64,000 nt of DNA from Novosphingobium sp. Its GTDB lineage: Bacteria; Pseudomonadota; Alphaproteobacteria; Sphingomonadales; Sphingomonadaceae. The stretch covers positions 22,360 through 86,359 of the forward strand of contig JAWKXX010000017.1 of the NCBI GenBank assembly GCA_041396785.1, read 5' to 3'. The position numbers were made by a program, and so were the translations under genes. This document shows positions 60,016-64,000 of this stretch, in pieces (within the stretch, counting starts at the first letter, position 1; every line of letters starts with the position of its first letter). The notes beneath the pieces were generated by a model, which saw only the letters and a program-made list of their open reading frames with translations, was not told where the DNA came from and searched no databases.

Positions 60016-60906
60016 CTAATCCCAATTGTCGAAAAGATCGCCGACAACCTCCTGGGCCATGGTTGCCATTTGCACGGAACCGAAGACCATCCAGGCGGAA
60101 AGGGCATGCACCATCTCTTCATGACCAACGCCCCAGGCCCGCGCCAGCAGCGCATTCTCGCGAATACCCGCCCGGTCCTGGCGAAGCATGTGAATCTGAA
60201 ACATGGTGGTGGGAAGAAGCTGATTGGGCAAAGTCGTCAGGAGATTTTCCCAACGGTTGCGATAGGCCTTGAGAAGGGGAGGATTGTGGCGCCCCAGGAA
60301 CCGGACATAGGCGGGCACTTCTCCGATAGTGTCGCCATACCACTGCTCTATTCTTGATAGTTCGCCAGGCAAAAGATCCGCTGTCGAGAAATCAAGCCCG
60401 GCCTGCATTTTCGACTTGTCGTTGACCCAGTCCTCGCGAAAATGAGGTGGTTCGACCGGTTCCTTCCATTCGAAGGTCTTAAGAACATTGGCCATCGTTT
60501 CCATTCCTCGAGGGCCGGAATAGACACACGCCATGGCGATACCCTGAAGACATTCATCCTTGGAAAATCCGCCATTCTGAAGGTTGGTCAGCGAATAGTG
60601 GTTGCCTTCCTCGAAGCCCAGCAACCCATACCAGAAGATGCAGGTGAACGACCCGCTGGCCTTGTGAGGATCGCCCCGATTTGTGTTGACGTTTTCCGGC
60701 GTGACCGCGTCGGTCGGTGCAGTCGCCAGATAGCGTGCAAACAACCTGTAGCGCTTGAGATAATCAGGGCGGCCTTGTTCCGCCCACATGTTGAGGCCAG
60801 GATGCGAACGTCCATCACGTGTCGCATAATGGAGTTTGAACGCCTCAAATTCATCCTGCAACATCTCGTCGGGCTTCAGGAGATCCAATCCCCGGTCAAT
60901 CACCAT
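60016..60906 (-). CDS. Hypothetical protein, tandem CMD/AhpD-like fold
   Basis: Two repeats: P.YLKRYR...G.SKDE and P.LLKAYR...G.GHEE; no CxxC. Confidence 0.55.
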   Translation of the reverse strand: MVIDRGLDLLKPDEMLQDEFEAFKLHYATRDGRSHPGLNMWAEQGRPDYLKRYRLFARYLATAPTDAVTPENVNTNRGDPHKASGSFTCIFWYGLLGFEEGNHYSLTNLQNGGFSKDECLQGIAMACVYSGPRGMETMANVLKTFEWKEPVEPPHFREDWVNDKSKMQAGLDFSTADLLPGELSRIEQWYGDTIGEVPAYVRFLGRHNPPLLKAYRNRWENLLTTLPNQLLPTTMFQIHMLRQDRAGIRENALLARAWGVGHEEMVHALSAWMVFGSVQMATMAQEVVGDLFDNWD

Positions 60907-61046
60907 ATTCAAGTGCCTTCCTTTCTCTAGACCTGCTTCTCGATCCCGAGTTGGCAGTCTCGCATCTATGCGTGTTGGCGAACGACCGGAGCGATGACAC
61001 ATCACCCTGCTCGAACGGCGAGATAATTCCGCACAGGCAAGATTAT

Positions 61047-61058
61047 TCGCATATGCGA
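61047..61058. promoter_or_regulatory. Perfect 12-bp palindrome, putative operator
   Basis: TCGCATATGCGA in a divergent intergenic region; related CGCATCTATGCG at 60961-60972. Confidence 0.45.
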
Positions 61059-61489
61059 CTGGAAAGAGAGTTTCGGCGCCCACCTCCCGCGGCACGCTTC
61101 AACCACGCCACTTCGTGGCGGCAAGGTGGCGCTTGGGAGTTCGCCTATTCGAAGGCTTGCAGGGCAATTGCAGTAGTACTGTTCAGCCACGTGCTTTGAT
61201 GCTTTGGACGCATCGGTGAATCCCGCGTCCAATCAGTCTTCCAGGGATGGCGGTAGTTGCCGATCTCGTTCGTCTGCGGGAATGGAAGTGTCTGCGAAGC
61301 AATGGCTAGGTGTTCGGATGGAGCTGCCATACCACCCAAGCGCAAGTGCCATCGCTTCCCGGCAACCGCTGTGACATTGCTCGGCCAAATAGCACCGGCA
61401 TTCGCGCGCCACGGCGGATTCAACTCCCCAAGCGGAAACATGCCTTTGCAGGCAGTGCAGGCGATCGCCGGGCCTGATCGCGAATACCG

Positions 61490-63121
61490 ATGAGTACCGC
61501 TCGCCATAGATATCGATCGGCCCTCGCCCCTTTGAGGATCAAGGTGTTCCGGCGCTTCTGGCTGGCGACCATGGCATCCAACTTCGGTGGGCTGATCCAA
61601 ACCGTCGCGGCCGCCTGGATGATGACGTCGTTAACCGGCAATGCGCAGATGGTTGCGTTGGTGCAAACATTTTCGACCTTGCCAATGATGTTGATTTCGC
61701 TGCCGGCCGGCGCGCTCGCCGATCTGTACGAACGACGCAATATCATGCTGGTCGCCCAGTCCGGCATGCTTGCGGTTGCGACCGGACTTGCAATACTCGC
61801 CGCTCTTTCCCTTGCGACGCCTGCCGTACTGCTCATAGCCACATTTCTTATCGGAGCAGGCACTGCGCTCAATGCGCCGTCCTGGCAGGCATCCTTGCGA
61901 GATCAGGTTCCCCGCGAACACATCGAAGCTGCGGCAAATCTCAATTCGGTGGGTTTCAATGTCGCTCGCAGCCTTGGTCCCGCAATTGGGGGCATGATCG
62001 TGGCACTTGCCGGCGTTGCAGCTGCTTTCGCGGCCAACGCTTTTTCCTATGTCGGCCTTATCCTCACTCTGCTTAGCTGGAAACGGCCGCGACACGACCG
62101 CACCTTGCCTCCAGAGGGTGTGCCGCAGGCAATACGCGCCGGCGTTCGTTATGTCGCGTTCTCCCCTTCACTGGTTGCCGTCCTTGTCCGTACCAGCACC
62201 TTCGGCTTGTGCGGCAGCTCGGTCTGGGCGCTGTCAGCGATCCTGGCGCGAGATGCTCTTGACGGTGGAGCGGCGACTTACGGGCTGCTGCTCGGCGGAT
62301 TTGGCGTTGGGGCGGTGATTGGCGCGTTGTTGCGTGCCACTTTGCCAATCGGACGCGATCTGCTGGTCAAATCCTGTTCGCTTGCGTTCGGGCTCGCTGC
62401 GATACTTCTCGGCCTCAGCCACAATCTTTATCTATCGATCGCACTGACAGGCGTGACAGGCGGCGCCTGGATGGTAGCGCTGACCGGTCTTGGCGTCAGC
62501 GTTCAGTTGATCGCGCCGCGCTGGGTGGTCGGGCGCGCCATGTCACTGAACCAAATGTCGATTTTCGCAGGAATGGCGCTGGGCAGCTGGTTCTGGGGCT
62601 TCATCGCCCAGAGCTTCGACGTGAGAACCGCATTCGTGGCTTCAGGTTGCGCGATGCTGGCCACTTTGCTGCTGACGTTCTTCTTCCCGCTCACCAGCGA
62701 AGAGTCACTTGACCTTACGCCAATGCGCAGCCGCCCCATCGACGACCTCGACGGACCAGTTGGGCCAAACGACGGTCCGATCGTGGTAACCATCGAATAT
62801 CGCGTACTTCCGGAAAATTTTCGCGCCTTTGTCACCGCCATGGATGATCTCGGCCGTATCCGGCGTAGAAACGGCGCCCATCGCTGGACCTTGCACCAGG
62901 ATGTCGACACCCCCACCCGTTGGGTGGAACGTTTCCACAGTCTGACCTGGTTGGACCATCTGCGTCGTCAGACGCGGCATACGCAGGCCGACCAATCGGT
63001 CAGCAACAGGGTTGCCGAATTGCACGAGGGTCCGATAATCGTAAACCGAATGCTGGAGCGTCGAATTTGGACCGTGCCGATCGCGCCGATACGCCGATTG
63101 GACGACGGATCGGACATCTAG
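61490..63121 (+). CDS. MFS transporter (MFS_3/DUF894 type with C-terminal soluble domain)
   Basis: FR..WLA...SN.G, P.WQA, N.AR..GPA.GG; C-term V.IEY, RRR.GA..W, W.DHLR. Confidence 0.88.
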   Translation: MSTARHRYRSALAPLRIKVFRRFWLATMASNFGGLIQTVAAAWMMTSLTGNAQMVALVQTFSTLPMMLISLPAGALADLYERRNIMLVAQSGMLAVATGLAILAALSLATPAVLLIATFLIGAGTALNAPSWQASLRDQVPREHIEAAANLNSVGFNVARSLGPAIGGMIVALAGVAAAFAANAFSYVGLILTLLSWKRPRHDRTLPPEGVPQAIRAGVRYVAFSPSLVAVLVRTSTFGLCGSSVWALSAILARDALDGGAATYGLLLGGFGVGAVIGALLRATLPIGRDLLVKSCSLAFGLAAILLGLSHNLYLSIALTGVTGGAWMVALTGLGVSVQLIAPRWVVGRAMSLNQMSIFAGMALGSWFWGFIAQSFDVRTAFVASGCAMLATLLLTFFFPLTSEESLDLTPMRSRPIDDLDGPVGPNDGPIVVTIEYRVLPENFRAFVTAMDDLGRIRRRNGAHRWTLHQDVDTPTRWVERFHSLTWLDHLRRQTRHTQADQSVSNRVAELHEGPIIVNRMLERRIWTVPIAPIRRLDDGSDI

Positions 63122-63636
63122 CGGTGATAGGAAAGATCGTCCGGGGCTGGCCGACCCGTATGAGCACCAGGCGAAATCGCCTCGGTTACCTCATCTATGC
63201 GGCTCCATTCATCGATCAACGTGCGGGCGGATAGCTTCCACCCCCCGTCACGGCGTTCAAAACGATCGAGATATCGACCTGCGCGCAACCGCGTTTTCCG
63301 CACTTCGCCGGCCAGCATGTCCTGGCAGGACAGGATGTAGGTTTCGCTCTCGGCATTATCCCCGGTGATATCAATCCGTTCATTGGTGATGATGTGCATT
63401 CGGCCGGGCCTTGGCTCTGCCGGAGGCTTAAGCGCCGATGCGAAAGCGGAACCGCTTATCGGCGCAGCCCCGCCCATGTCGATGATAGCGTCTGCATGTA
63501 TCGCTTCGGCGAGAAGCTCCCCATCGAAACGATCGATGCCCCGTGCAATCTGGCTCAGCAAGCCGCGGATTGCCTCGATATCCTCGATCCGCTGCAACCT
63601 CTCCTCAACCGACGAGGGCGTGGACGCGCCACTCAT
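63118..63636 (-). CDS. NTF2/SnoaL_4-like protein
   Basis: DIEAIR......RG.DR.D, H..TN, GRY.D..ERR.G.W. Confidence 0.85.
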   Translation of the reverse strand: MSGASTPSSVEERLQRIEDIEAIRGLLSQIARGIDRFDGELLAEAIHADAIIDMGGAAPISGSAFASALKPPAEPRPGRMHIITNERIDITGDNAESETYILSCQDMLAGEVRKTRLRAGRYLDRFERRDGGWKLSARTLIDEWSRIDEVTEAISPGAHTGRPAPDDLSYHR

Positions 63637-64000
63637 GCCGATTCTGTTTCCTTCTTTTCTTTCTCACCCCATGCCAGCGACTTCGATTTCTCGCCTGACG
63701 GAATGCCCAGCACCTTGATCTCCAGGTACTGCTCGAAGCCCTGACGCCCATATTGGCGCCCGATACCACTTTGCTTGAAGCCGCCGAAGGGCACGTCCAT
63801 GTGCATCCACGTGCCATTGTTGATGCTCACCGTGCCGGTACGGAGCCGCTTGGCGAACTCATAGGCTTCCTCGTTGGTCGCCGCGGCAACCTGGGCCGAA
63901 AGACCATAGATCGAGTTGTTTGCAATCTCGAGCGCTTCGTCCTCCGTATCATAGGGAATGACTGCCAGAACGGGCCCGAAGATCTCCTCCTGGGCAATCG
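63633..64000 (-). CDS. Aldehyde dehydrogenase, 5'-truncated by window edge
   Basis: EEIFGPVL, AN...YGL, PFGGFKQSG.GR. Confidence 0.92.
   Translation of the reverse strand, partial: IAQEEIFGPVLAVIPYDTEDEALEIANNSIYGLSAQVAAATNEEAYEFAKRLRTGTVSINNGTWMHMDVPFGGFKQSGIGRQYGRQGFEQYLEIKVLGIPSGEKSKSLAWGEKEKKETESA

Noticed and set aside
61145-61600. Minus-strand ORF with CxxC (ACTACKG)
   Set aside because: Overlaps the MFS start, no RBS or recognisable domain; likely spurious.
1-64000. CRISPR arrays, rRNA, IS/integrase, prophage, defence systems
   Set aside because: No spaced direct-repeat arrays or recognisable motifs of these elements seen by eye; the EVE protein sits in a housekeeping context.

Overview
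GC-rich alphaproteobacterial chromosomal segment, most consistent with Sphingomonadales (Erythrobacteraceae/Novosphingobium-like, inferred from gene order and protein style). About 1-34.6 kb is core genome: dapF-mtaB-ftsY-yciB, sodB, kup, ccmCDEFGHI, a Leu dehydrogenase, tRNA-His, an orphan Flp pilin, and the rpsB-tsf-pyrH-frr-uppS-cdsA-dxr-rseP-bamA-skp-fabZ-rpmE cluster, which lacks lpxD/A/B. psd-pssA follows. About 34.9-64 kb is accessory: a Kdo/ulosonate operon containing an unusual cytidylyltransferase-RraA/HMG-aldolase fusion, a lipoprotein with a duplicated domain, oxidoreductases, a putative lipid-carrier glycosylation module with a UGM-like flavoprotein, and a CoA-dependent catabolic island. 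Best leads: (1) an unannotated 86-aa membrane protein whose upstream region stacks a LexA box, an EcfG-type promoter and two perfect DnaA boxes, and which ends in a ClpXP-type ...LAAA tail, making it a candidate checkpoint/division inhibitor; (2) the ulosonate operon; (3) the UGM-like glycosylation module. Single-base frameshifts in an MFS gene and in the 5' end of cdsA suggest indel errors in the assembly. No CRISPR array, rRNA or transposase/integrase was seen. All calls come from motif recognition by eye, with no database searches.
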